Shown here piece after piece: positions 25,096-33,767 of a DNA stretch of 39,361 nt. The notes beneath the pieces were generated by a model. It searched no databases. It saw nothing but the letters and a program-made list of their open reading frames with translations, and was not told the origin of the DNA. Position 1 is the stretch's first letter, and every line of letters begins with the position of its first letter. Source of the DNA: a virus (lineage: Duplodnaviria; Caudoviricetes); the IMG/VR virus record IMGVR_UViG_3300037424_000235, positions 1 through 39,361 of that record. One strand, 5' to 3'. The position numbers were made by a program, and so were the translations under genes.

Positions 25096-25965
25096 ATGCT
25101 ATTCACCCCTGGGAACTGCTTCAACTGGCAGGCCGATAACTTCGGTTCGACGTACACTGACGCAGGGATAGGACTGGACTCTCCCGGCCATGCCAACGCG
25201 AACACGAAGGGCGCGAACACGAACATGCTCAACGGGATCGCCGAGGACTGCTATGGAATTGCGATCATGTTCGCCGGGCAGAGCGCGACGACCGTCATCC
25301 GGCGCTGCATGGTAGACCTCCTGATCGATCCTGCTGCCGGAGTCGGGAACGCCGGAAGCTCGTGGAGCGTCATCATCAACAACCTGTACGCCAATAGCCC
25401 GACGTTCGGCACCTCGGGCGCGATAGGCGCGTGGTACTACTTCCCGCTTTACCTGAAGGCAGGCACAGCGATAGGTACGGCTCATCAGAACTTGGTCGCA
25501 GGGACGCTTCCCTTGCGCGTCGCCGTTCGCGTGTTTGGAAAGCCAACGAGGCCAGAGCTGGTCAGATGCGGGACGAAGGTGCAGACGCTCGGGGCAACGG
25601 TAGCGAGCACGACAGGTACAGCCGTCACTCCCGGTACAAGCGCGATGGGAAGTTATTCTGCGACGCTCGGCACGCTCGGTAGTGACAAGTGGTGGTGGCA
25701 GTTGGGTATTGGGTCTGCCGATACAAGTATGACGGCAAGGGGGTATCTGTTCGACGTGGCAGTCAACGCAACGAACAAGCTCCTGTGCATGCAAAACGTG
25801 CCGTACCTTGTCACAGGAACGATCGAACAGGCATCGATGGGAGCGCTCGGAATGATGCTGCCGTGTCGAGAAGCAGTCTTGGGTGAGAACGTGTACGTCA
25901 GGGGAGTCGGTGTCGGTGGTGTCGACAGCACGATGACGGCAGTCGTTTACGCTTTAGGAGGATGA
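25096..25965 (+). CDS. Virion structural protein with two related beta domains
   Basis: PG.AN..G and PG.SA.G starts, DLLID and FDVAV, FPLYLKAGT; GGGGGA RBS. Confidence 0.65.
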   Translation: MLFTPGNCFNWQADNFGSTYTDAGIGLDSPGHANANTKGANTNMLNGIAEDCYGIAIMFAGQSATTVIRRCMVDLLIDPAAGVGNAGSSWSVIINNLYANSPTFGTSGAIGAWYYFPLYLKAGTAIGTAHQNLVAGTLPLRVAVRVFGKPTRPELVRCGTKVQTLGATVASTTGTAVTPGTSAMGSYSATLGTLGSDKWWWQLGIGSADTSMTARGYLFDVAVNATNKLLCMQNVPYLVTGTIEQASMGALGMMLPCREAVLGENVYVRGVGVGGVDSTMTAVVYALGG

Positions 25966-25968
25966 CAG

Positions 25969-26313
25969 ATGGCACTCTCGGAAGCCTTTGCGGGTTCACA
26001 GGCGGTTGACACGACAGAGTGGTCGATGGTCACTGACTCGGCCGGCCCGGACGCCGAGACTTCTGACGGGGTGTTCCAGCTCTTTCTCGATCTGTCAGAC
26101 ATGGTGACTGGTGACGAGCTGCAAATCAGGATCTACGAAAAGGTTCAGTCCACCGGCACGCAGCGCGTCATCTACCAATCAAACCTCATCGGTCCACAGT
26201 CTCCTCCTTCGTGGGTGAGTCCGTCACTCTTGCTCATGCACGGGTGGGACATGACGCTTGACGCGATAGCTGGTACTATCACCGTAGAGTGGTCGATAAG
26301 GAAGGCTGCCTGA
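25969..26313 (+). CDS. Small virion structural protein
   Basis: AGGAGG RBS; beta-rich; DGVFQLFLDLSDM..GD...IRIYEKV. Confidence 0.65.
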   Translation: MALSEAFAGSQAVDTTEWSMVTDSAGPDAETSDGVFQLFLDLSDMVTGDELQIRIYEKVQSTGTQRVIYQSNLIGPQSPPSWVSPSLLLMHGWDMTLDAIAGTITVEWSIRKAA

Positions 26314-26314
26314 C

Positions 26315-28168
26315 ATGTGGAGCTTCACTCCATTACTTCTTGCTGCTGCAACTCTTGCCACCACCGGCGGGACTGCCACACCTGTCGTAGAGAACGCGCA
26401 GGTCACGACTGCTGCCACGGGAGTGACGCGGACGCTTCCCTCGTTCGTCGTCGGCAATCATACTGACCGCGTGCTCCTCGCCTTCATGGCGAGTTACTCC
26501 TCCAGCGAGCCGCACGAGACGCACGACTCCGTAGTCTTCAATACCACCGAAGGCTTCACGAAGGTCGCGGACGTCTTGCAGGGGAATAACGACTTCCGCG
26601 TGACTATGTGGAGGCTCCTCAACCCTACGGTGACCACCGCGAACATCGTTGCGACTGCGAGCGGGTCAATCTCCCAGGCACTCATGGTGCTGAGCTTGTA
26701 CGATGTGGACCAGACGACGCCGCTCGGAACTCCGGCGACTGACACGGCGCTCACCGGGGAGCCTTCGATCACGTTCGCCGGCGTAGCTGCCGATCTCGGC
26801 ATTGATTGCTCGCTCTCGGAGTATGGGGTAACGGGTCACGGAGCGGGGCAGACAGAGAATGCGATAGAGAACACCGGTTGGGGGTTCACCTCGTCGAGGA
26901 AGGCCGGCGGCACGTCGATCACGATGACCGAGACACTCTCCAATGCCGGCGCGTCGTGGGAGGCGATAGGCGTTGCGGTCAAGGGTGTCTCTACTGGCGG
27001 CGGGTATTCGATGGACGCAGATGCGGGGTCTTTTGCGTTGACTGGTGTCGCCGCCGCACTTCTTCATGCTGCGATTCTTCCGGCAAGCGCTGGAACATTC
27101 GTTGAAACCGGAAACGCTGCGGGTCTCAATGTCGGGCGCGTAGTCTCTGCCGAAGTCGGCGTCTTTACCGAAACTGGAATAGATGCGATTCTCCAGAGGG
27201 AATACGTCCTTGCCTCCGCCGTTGGGTCTTTCTCTCTTTCGGGTCAAACCGTTGGGCTTGAAGCCGACAGAATCCTTCCCGCTGAAGTCGGGGCGTTTAC
27301 CCTCTCAGGCCAATCTGCTTCACTCAGTAAGGGCGTTTCATTCCCCGTCGAAGTCGGAACGTTCACCCTGACGGGACAAGACGCTGCCTTCAGTTTGACC
27401 CGCGTCTTAGGGGCTGGAGTTGGAAACTTCAGCCTCACGGGTCAGGCTGCCGGATTGACCGCGGGGAAGTCTTTGTCTGCCTCTCCCGGCTCGTTTGCAC
27501 TCTCTGGGGTAGACGCATCTCTTAAAGTCGGTCGGGTGTTACAGGCCGACGCTGGCACATTTACAGAGGCTGGACAGGATGCAGGACTCCTGCGGGGCGC
27601 GGTTCTTGCAGCCGGGACCGGGACTTTCACAGAGACGGGCATTGATGCTGGATTGGTGAGGGCCTACAATCTCGCCGCCTCCGTTGGTGCGTTTTCACTT
27701 ACCGGAATAGCTGCGGAGCTTGAGTGGTCGGGCGGACAGGCGATTCTTGACGCTGAAGTAGGAGCATTTGCACTTACCGGACAGAGCGCAGGACTTACAG
27801 TAGGAAGGAACCTCGCGACTGAAACCGGGTCATTTGTCCATTCAGGCCAGGAAGCCGGCCTTGCGGTTGGTCGGGTTGTAGTAGCTCAGACCGGAGCGTT
27901 CACGTTCTCAGGGATAGATGCAGCTCTTACGAAGGTTGGGTCTCTCAGGATTGAGGCGGAAACCGGAGTGTTTATCCTGACCGGAAAGGCCGCGGACTAC
28001 TGTTACAACCAGATCTCAATGGATGTGGGGGATATTCAATTCTACTCCGGCGGTCGGCCACGTTTTACATCTAATCCTCGTCCGGTCTTCTATTCGTCAA
28101 AGAGGTCAAGATTCAAGTCTCCGAAAATCCCGGTTTTCTACTCAGCTAAACGTAAGAAGGTGGGATAA
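26315..28168 (+). CDS. Fibre protein: N-terminal globular domain plus 15 copies of a 22-aa repeat
   Basis: Repeats of xxLxAxxGxFxLTGxxAxLxxG from about 27005 to 28010; basic aromatic C-tail. Confidence 0.75.
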   Translation: MWSFTPLLLAAATLATTGGTATPVVENAQVTTAATGVTRTLPSFVVGNHTDRVLLAFMASYSSSEPHETHDSVVFNTTEGFTKVADVLQGNNDFRVTMWRLLNPTVTTANIVATASGSISQALMVLSLYDVDQTTPLGTPATDTALTGEPSITFAGVAADLGIDCSLSEYGVTGHGAGQTENAIENTGWGFTSSRKAGGTSITMTETLSNAGASWEAIGVAVKGVSTGGGYSMDADAGSFALTGVAAALLHAAILPASAGTFVETGNAAGLNVGRVVSAEVGVFTETGIDAILQREYVLASAVGSFSLSGQTVGLEADRILPAEVGAFTLSGQSASLSKGVSFPVEVGTFTLTGQDAAFSLTRVLGAGVGNFSLTGQAAGLTAGKSLSASPGSFALSGVDASLKVGRVLQADAGTFTEAGQDAGLLRGAVLAAGTGTFTETGIDAGLVRAYNLAASVGAFSLTGIAAELEWSGGQAILDAEVGAFALTGQSAGLTVGRNLATETGSFVHSGQEAGLAVGRVVVAQTGAFTFSGIDAALTKVGSLRIEAETGVFILTGKAADYCYNQISMDVGDIQFYSGGRPRFTSNPRPVFYSSKRSRFKSPKIPVFYSAKRKKVG

Positions 28169-28449
28169 TGGCAGAGAAACATTCTCAGAAAAAAACAGAT
28201 CATAGTCCGATTGATCTTGATTTCTCGCCGTCATTTGTGACGAGCGACGATATAACGGCGGTGGTTGTGACAGTCCCGACGAACGTGACAGAGATAAGCG
28301 CCCACCGTATAGTTTCCGGGCAGACCATCCAGGTGAGGTTCGACACAAGTTCTGCGACGATAGGGAACACTTACGCCATTAGTGTACAAGCCAAAACAAC
28401 AACATACGATGACTGGAAGACAATAGACATTGATCTGACGGTCATCTAA
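28168..28449 (+). CDS. Small adaptor-like structural protein
   Basis: KKTD....IDLDFS...DDI...GNTYAISVQAKTT pattern seen in fibre adaptor proteins. Confidence 0.55.
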   Translation: MAEKHSQKKTDHSPIDLDFSPSFVTSDDITAVVVTVPTNVTEISAHRIVSGQTIQVRFDTSSATIGNTYAISVQAKTTTYDDWKTIDIDLTVI

Positions 28450-28472
28450 CCAACAATCACAAGGAGGTAGAT

Positions 28473-28670
28473 ATGCAAGCAGTTCTCGATTGGCTCAACG
28501 GGAAAAAGACGTACATCGTCGCCATTCTCTTGGCTGTCTTTGACATCGGCGTTGCAGTCGGATGGTGGCCAGTTGACTCTGCCGTGTGGCAGTCGGTTAA
28601 CGCGATCCTCGCGGCCTTTGGCCTTGCTTTCCTTCGGGCAGGAGTGGCGAAGTCGGGCCCGGCTCAGTGA
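28473..28670 (+). CDS. Holin-like two-TM protein
   Basis: AAGGAGG RBS; WLNGKKTYIVA...GLAFLRAGV. Confidence 0.7.
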   Translation: MQAVLDWLNGKKTYIVAILLAVFDIGVAVGWWPVDSAVWQSVNAILAAFGLAFLRAGVAKSGPAQ

Positions 28671-29152
28671 GCGACTTAAAGAAATGGGCGGCCTATATCG
28701 GGGCCGCCCTTGTCTTCCTCGGGGCTTTCGGATTCTTCGTTTGGAAGATGAGCGAGAGGTCTACTCTGGCCAGAGTCGCCGCCGCGCCCGCTGATACAGT
28801 GATGATCGAGAAGGAAAAGAGGGTGGAGGTTCCAGTCGTGAGGGTTAAAAAGATCGAAACCCACAAGACGGACACTCTTTTCGTCTTCCAGCCCGCCGAT
28901 ACGGTCTATGTTGCAAGGGCTGACACGGTCATTAGAGGGACAGAACTTCGGATGGCCTACTTCTCTCCCGTCCCTCTTTCGCCACAGGGCTTCTTCGGGG
29001 ACATACAAATCAAACTTCCCGCTCAACTCGTGAAGGTGGAGGAAAGGACGATCACCAAGACGGTGATCGAGGAGAGAATAGACTTCCCGTGGATCATCGG
29101 GGTTGCAAGCGCGGGCATTGTCGCTGGCATTTTGATCGGTCGAAGACAGTAG
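28667..29152 (+). CDS. Spanin-like membrane protein
   Basis: N- and C-terminal hydrophobic segments; repeated DTV/DTL; located in lysis cluster. Confidence 0.55.
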   Translation: MSDLKKWAAYIGAALVFLGAFGFFVWKMSERSTLARVAAAPADTVMIEKEKRVEVPVVRVKKIETHKTDTLFVFQPADTVYVARADTVIRGTELRMAYFSPVPLSPQGFFGDIQIKLPAQLVKVEERTITKTVIEERIDFPWIIGVASAGIVAGILIGRRQ

Positions 29153-29236
29153 GGTGGGTTGTGCCTCCTTCGGGGGGTTGGCGACTCCTGCGCCGCCCCC
29201 CGCCACCCTTACACATCAATTCTGGAGTATACCAAA

Positions 29237-29611
29237 ACGGCCGATTTCGTTACACATGGTTTGATCGGGGCGGGGGTGATGGCCGCCCCCGCAAGGTTCT
29301 TCTGGGCTCCGAAGTGGCTGAAGAATACGTTAGCCATTTACGGGTTCATCGTGGGCTCTGCACCGGACACCTTTGATTGGATTGCTGCTCAGTTGGGACT
29401 CGCCCCGAGATGGGAGTGGTACACGATCTTTCACCACAACGCCCCGTGGTACTGGCTCATCCAACCACCTATCTTCATGCATGTCGCAGTAACGGACCCG
29501 CCGTTTCACATCATCTCTGGTTGGTCGTGGTGGCCGGTCATGTGGAGTGTGGAAGTCTTGTGGGTGCTCTTCGCCACGGCACTTCTCTATTATGCTTACC
29601 GAAAGGAATAA
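29237..29611 (+). CDS. Membrane metal-dependent hydrolase-like protein (YdjM-like)
   Basis: DFVTHGLIG, GSAPDTFD, FHH, MHVAVTD motifs; start uncertain (ACG at 29237 or TTG at 29159). Confidence 0.6.
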   Translation, partial: TADFVTHGLIGAGVMAAPARFFWAPKWLKNTLAIYGFIVGSAPDTFDWIAAQLGLAPRWEWYTIFHHNAPWYWLIQPPIFMHVAVTDPPFHIISGWSWWPVMWSVEVLWVLFATALLYYAYRKE

Positions 29612-29614
29612 TGG

Positions 29615-30079
29615 ATGACAATCCAGCTCTCGCCGCACTTCAGTCTTCAGGAAATGGTTCGCTCCGATTTCGCGATCCGGCACGGCCTGGATAACACCCC
29701 TCCGCCAGAGGGGGTTATTGCGCTCAGGATTCTCTGTGGTGTGGTTTTAGAGCAGATTCGGGCTCAAATAGGGGCACCCGTGGTTATCACATCCGGATAC
29801 CGTTCACCGGTCGTTAATGGTGGGATCGGTGGAGCGCCCACATCACAGCACCTAAAAGGGGAGGCGGCAGACTTCCACATTCCAGAAATGAGCAATCTCG
29901 AAGTCGTAAAGGCGATCATCCATTCGGAGATTGTGATACCCTTCGACCAGTTGATATATGAGGGAGGAGAGGGTGGATGGGTCCACATTTCTCACGCGGC
30001 GCAGAAGTCGCAGCGGCGTCAGGTGCTAAACGCCGATTTCTCCACGGGGAAGGCTGCATATTCTGCGCTGGAGGTGTAG
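29615..30079 (+). CDS. Endolysin, peptidase M15A family
   Basis: LSPHFSLQEM, ITSGYRS, SQHLKGEAADF, FDQLIYE, WVHIS. Confidence 0.92.
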   Translation: MTIQLSPHFSLQEMVRSDFAIRHGLDNTPPPEGVIALRILCGVVLEQIRAQIGAPVVITSGYRSPVVNGGIGGAPTSQHLKGEAADFHIPEMSNLEVVKAIIHSEIVIPFDQLIYEGGEGGWVHISHAAQKSQRRQVLNADFSTGKAAYSALEV

Positions 30080-30084
30080 AAACG

Positions 30085-30120
30085 GAAGGCCCCGGCAGTC
30101 AGCACTACCGGGGCTTCATC
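30085..30120 (+). terminator. Hairpin ending the late operon
   Basis: GGCCCCGG/CCGGGGCT stem right after endolysin stop; weak U tract. Confidence 0.55.
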
Positions 30121-30195
30121 TTCCGCAGTTTCGCACTCGTCAGTCCTTGCGAAAACCTTGCCCCATTGCCAAGTAGGGTGCGGGCGTTGCAAGAA

Positions 30196-30329
30196 GATAA
30201 CGGGTGGGCCGGTCAAAGTCAAACGCACAATAACGGATATAGACGATGCTGGCTCTCTGCAATAACAGACACTCAAATAGCCCAATTCTATTGGTAACAC
30301 CGCTACTCTCGGGCATTCCGCAATAACGG
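30196..30329. repeat. Five phased (A/G)TAAC motifs, consensus gCAATAACgg
   Basis: TAAC starts at 30198, 30231, 30263, 30295, 30324 (spacing 33, 32, 32, 29). Confidence 0.6.
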
Positions 30330-30360
30330 CGCTGGACTTAAAAGATTTCAAAGACTTTTC

Positions 30361-30389
30361 TTGACAAACCGATAAATTGTCCCTACCGT
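30361..30389 (+). promoter_or_regulatory. Early sigma70-type promoter with overlapping inverted repeat
   Basis: TTGACA, 17 nt, TACCGT; GACAA-N9-TTGTC palindrome overlaps -35 and spacer. Confidence 0.7.
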
Positions 30390-30413
30390 ATATGCAGAAC
30401 AACGGAGGACAAG

Positions 30414-30584
30414 ATGGACGAAGAAAGCAAAACCCCGCCACAGATTGCACTCCCGAAAGACCTGCACAAGATTCTGAAACAACGATCCCGCGACACGAAC
30501 ATTTCCATGCAGCGCCTTGTCGCTGATGCTCTCCGCGTCGGGATGAAAATCAAACAGTGGTTGCCGGAAGAGGTGGGGAATTGA
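30414..30584 (+). CDS. Ribbon-helix-helix (Arc-like) DNA-binding protein
   Basis: GGAGG RBS; MDEESKTPPQIALPKDLHKILKQRSRDTNISMQRLVADALRVGM (56 aa, not in ORF track). Confidence 0.75.
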   Translation: MDEESKTPPQIALPKDLHKILKQRSRDTNISMQRLVADALRVGMKIKQWLPEEVGN

Positions 30585-30728
30585 AACCGACTCGGGCGAG
30601 AGGGTGGCGAACTCGATACCATAAAACTCTATCTTGCACGAGAGCAGAAATACGACAAAGCGAGAGACCCGTATGCGCATCCACCGCTATCTTGATCGCG
30701 TTGAACGGAATAGATCGGAGAACGGCCA

Positions 30729-30917
30729 GTGAAAGTCGTGATCGAATTTATTGACCGCGAATCAAAACATCGCGCTCGCACGGTGGACATGGATATGGAC
30801 GCTCCAGCAGTCAAGCGCGACGCGATAGTGGCCTCCATAGTCAGCAATCTCTCCCCGGATTTTATCAAGGTCACGAAATACTACCGCGAACCCGTGGGGA
30901 GGAAGGGGAAACCTTGA
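30729..30917 (+). CDS. Hypothetical protein
   Basis: GGAG then GTG; coupled to next gene. Confidence 0.55.
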   Translation: MKVVIEFIDRESKHRARTVDMDMDAPAVKRDAIVASIVSNLSPDFIKVTKYYREPVGRKGKP

Positions 30918-31090
30918 GCCTGAATGAGGGCACTCTCTTTACTGTCGCCATCATCTGTTTTTTCTGCGGCTGGTATCTGCATAGAACCTGGCACGACCTT
31001 CCCCTCCGCTGGAGAACGGTGAGTCTGTGCGTCACCATTTGCATTATAGGCGGCGCGTGCATCCTAATCAACGAATTAATCGCGAGGTGA
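30914..31090 (+). CDS. Small two-TM protein
   Basis: TTG start overlapping stop; SLNEGTLFTVAIICFFCGWYL...VSLCVTICIIGGACILI. Confidence 0.5.
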   Translation: MSLNEGTLFTVAIICFFCGWYLHRTWHDLPLRWRTVSLCVTICIIGGACILINELIAR

Positions 31091-31092
31091 AT

Positions 31093-31368
31093 ATGTCCGA
31101 CTTTCTTCAAGTCTTCCTCGTCGCTTTCCTCGGCTTCGTCACATCGTTTTCGATTGTGTTTCTGGCCATCAGAATCATCGCCGTGGAGATCGCTCACCGG
31201 GAATTTGACCGGCGGGTTCATCTGGACTGGAATGTCGATACGGAGAAGCGAATCCCACTGGAGCGCATACCGCCATGTGAGCAAGTCTACCAAGGGGATA
31301 TGCTTGAAGCGCTGAGAGGCACAACGCATCACGTTGTCACCCCTGACGGCAAACTGGAACAAGTCTAA
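31093..31368 (+). CDS. Single-TM hypothetical protein
   Basis: GAGGTG RBS; MSDFLQVFLVAFLGFVTSFSIVFLAI. Confidence 0.6.
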   Translation: MSDFLQVFLVAFLGFVTSFSIVFLAIRIIAVEIAHREFDRRVHLDWNVDTEKRIPLERIPPCEQVYQGDMLEALRGTTHHVVTPDGKLEQV

Positions 31369-31395
31369 CATATCAACTAATTCTCGGGAGGCGTT

Positions 31396-31626
31396 ATGTT
31401 ACTCATAACAACCTGGCTGAAGAAATCGCTGAATTGGCTGCGGGGATTTTTCCGGTCGAGCAAACCAACAAGTGAGACTTTCGCGGTCGCTGCGCCGAAA
31501 CCGATGACGGCGTTGAAAGGGATCGCGCATCCTTCACGCGGTAAGTCGTTTGGCACATTCTCGCCATGCCGCCCTTTTGCTCGGACTCGCCAGATTCGCC
31601 CGGGCCTCATTGTCCGCATAGGGTGA
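31396..31626 (+). CDS. Basic hypothetical protein
   Basis: GGAGG RBS. Confidence 0.5.
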   Translation: MLLITTWLKKSLNWLRGFFRSSKPTSETFAVAAPKPMTALKGIAHPSRGKSFGTFSPCRPFARTRQIRPGLIVRIG

Positions 31627-31630
31627 CGCC

Positions 31631-31936
31631 ATGATCCTCACACCTGACAACCTCGACGTTTTCAACCGCCTCTATTTCGCGACGCACGAGAGCGAGATTC
31701 GCGAGGCGCTTGATCCCGTGTGTGATCTGTGCGGAGAGGAACCTTCAGATTACTGTTGCAAGGATTGTGCCTATTGCGACATGAAGGTCGCACCGCATTC
31801 TTTCGGGGGTCGGATAACATGCCCTCAATGCGGGAATTCTCTCGCTGATGTGAATGAGGAGCCGCCTGACGGTCTGGAGGATTCATTGAACCGGGCAGAG
31901 GTTGAGCAGTTCAACAGCCATCCTGGCCGCATGTAA
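31631..31936 (+). CDS. Zinc-finger hypothetical protein
   Basis: CDLC, CKDC, CAYC, CPQC. Confidence 0.6.
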   Translation: MILTPDNLDVFNRLYFATHESEIREALDPVCDLCGEEPSDYCCKDCAYCDMKVAPHSFGGRITCPQCGNSLADVNEEPPDGLEDSLNRAEVEQFNSHPGRM

Positions 31937-32019
31937 GGCAACACCCCCTGAAGCCCTGGTTCGACCCTTCCTACGGGTCGGCTGGGGTGGATGGGGTAAC
32001 CAAACCCGTAGGAGGGAAT

Positions 32020-33108
32020 ATGGAAAATTCGGAGTTGGCAACACGAGAAGGGGTGCCGGGCGCAATCCAGATGCAGGAGAACAATGCACTCGTCACATAT
32101 ACCAACGCATCAATGCTCAAGATTTCGGACGAGGAACAGAAACTTCTCCAGTCCTCGGTCGATCCGAACGAGGTTGAAATCCGCCCCGACGGATTGCTTT
32201 ATCTCCCACAAGTCTTTGTCCGCGATAAACTCAACCGCGTCTTTGGCATAGGCCAGTGGGCGCTCCTGCAGCACGCCACCCCGAAAGACCCAGACAAGGA
32301 TAAATTGTATTTCGACGGTTCTCTTTACGTCCGGGGATGCTTCGCCGCCAGGGCCGTCGGGGAGGCTGAATATCATGCTGAAAATCCGTTGCAGTCCTGG
32401 GCTTCGGTCTATGAATCGGCGAAGTCTGATTGCTTGGTCCGCTGCTGCAAGGATTTGGGAATTGCAAAGGAACTCTGGATGCCCGCCTTCGGTCGCGACT
32501 GGCAGAAGAAATTTGCCGTCAAGGTGTGGCGTGAAAAGACGAACAACAAGACGGGCGGTAAGGGTGTGTTCCAGTGGAGGCGGAAAGACGTTGATCCTTT
32601 CTACGATGAAAAAGGGGGAGGCACTGGCCAAGCCGAACAATCATCACAAGAGAATCCCGCCCCGCAATCAAAGCCCGTCAGTTCTCAGGGCGCGGAGTTC
32701 AAGACGTTCGACCCGATGGTGGAACAGATCGGCTTCGGGAAGTATCAGGGAATCGAGTGGGGAAAGATCGACACCGGATACCTTCAGTGGCTTGTGGGCA
32801 ACGGAAGGCCGGAGGCGAAGCAGAGGGCGGAGGCCACGCTGAAAGCCCTCGATGCCGTCCACGCACAGAAAGACGCCGGACCGCCGGTGATTGATTCAAT
32901 GTTCCCGAACGAACCGAAACTCGGAGAACGCGAAACCGCCGGATTCATCGACGCAATCAAGGCGGCGAAGTCTCTCAACTCCCTTGCCCTCTTGGATGAC
33001 AAGGCAATAGCGAAGTGGAACGGTGGGGAAATCACGAACGCGCAGAAGGAAGAAATAGCCAAAGCGTCCAGCTTCAGGCAATCCGAACTGACTAAGGAGG
33101 CAAAGTGA
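32020..33108 (+). CDS. Single-strand annealing protein, Mgm101/Rad52 family
   Basis: EIRPDGLLYLPQ...LNRVFGIGQW, ESAKSDCLVRCCKDLGIAKELW; second domain IGFGKYQG...YLQWL. Confidence 0.85.
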   Translation: MENSELATREGVPGAIQMQENNALVTYTNASMLKISDEEQKLLQSSVDPNEVEIRPDGLLYLPQVFVRDKLNRVFGIGQWALLQHATPKDPDKDKLYFDGSLYVRGCFAARAVGEAEYHAENPLQSWASVYESAKSDCLVRCCKDLGIAKELWMPAFGRDWQKKFAVKVWREKTNNKTGGKGVFQWRRKDVDPFYDEKGGGTGQAEQSSQENPAPQSKPVSSQGAEFKTFDPMVEQIGFGKYQGIEWGKIDTGYLQWLVGNGRPEAKQRAEATLKALDAVHAQKDAGPPVIDSMFPNEPKLGERETAGFIDAIKAAKSLNSLALLDDKAIAKWNGGEITNAQKEEIAKASSFRQSELTKEAK

Positions 33109-33764
33109 TGGACTCTCTCGCCGTGATGAAACCCGAAGATTTGAAGATCGACCTCGTTCTCTGGAACGGATACGCGATCGAAGCAGAGAAAACCGCTGAG
33201 GCCATTTCAATCGTCGATGACGTTGAGGAGGGGATGGCGGTTGATTACCTCTCGAAGATCAAGACATTCCAGAAGGAAACAGAGGTGGCCCGCGTCGCTC
33301 ACGTTGACCCATTTAACATCCTCGTCAAGCGGGTCAATGGAATGTTCAAACCGATAGCCACTTCGCTTGAGTCTGCGGAGACGGCGATCAAGACCAAGAT
33401 CAAGTTCTACCGGGGAGAGAAAGAACGGGTCCGCCTGGCGCTTGAGGCGAAGCAACAGAAGGAATATGAAGAGAAGATCGCGGCCGAACAGGTGGAGGCA
33501 AAGGCAAAGGGCGAGGAAGCCCGGATCGTTGCTCCCCCTCCAGCCATCATGCCAGCAGCGCAGACAACAAGAGGAGATGTGGGCGCTGCGACCTTAAAGA
33601 AGTTCTGGAATTATGAGTGTACTGACGTTGTGGCTCTGGCCGCGGCACATCCTGAGCTTGTGAAGATGGAACCGAAACGCCGTGAGATTCTCGCGGTGAT
33701 AAAGACCAACCAGCATATCCCGGGCCTCCGTTGTTTTGAAGACACAGACGTAATGGCGAGGTGA
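33105..33764 (+). CDS. Coiled-coil protein of the recombination module
   Basis: Long helix, KKFWNYE, IPGLRCFE C-terminus; commonly adjacent to phage SSAPs. Confidence 0.65.
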   Translation: MMDSLAVMKPEDLKIDLVLWNGYAIEAEKTAEAISIVDDVEEGMAVDYLSKIKTFQKETEVARVAHVDPFNILVKRVNGMFKPIATSLESAETAIKTKIKFYRGEKERVRLALEAKQQKEYEEKIAAEQVEAKAKGEEARIVAPPPAIMPAAQTTRGDVGAATLKKFWNYECTDVVALAAAHPELVKMEPKRREILAVIKTNQHIPGLRCFEDTDVMAR

Positions 33765-33767
33765 ATA

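Noticed and set aside
26315-26380. Sixth signal peptide (MWSFTPLLLAAATLA)
   Set aside because: No basic n-region and a short hydrophobic core; less convincing than the five MK(K/R) leaders
29977-30297. 106-aa ORF across the endolysin end and control region
   Set aside because: Overlaps endolysin and the terminator hairpin, no RBS or motif; the region is better explained as non-coding
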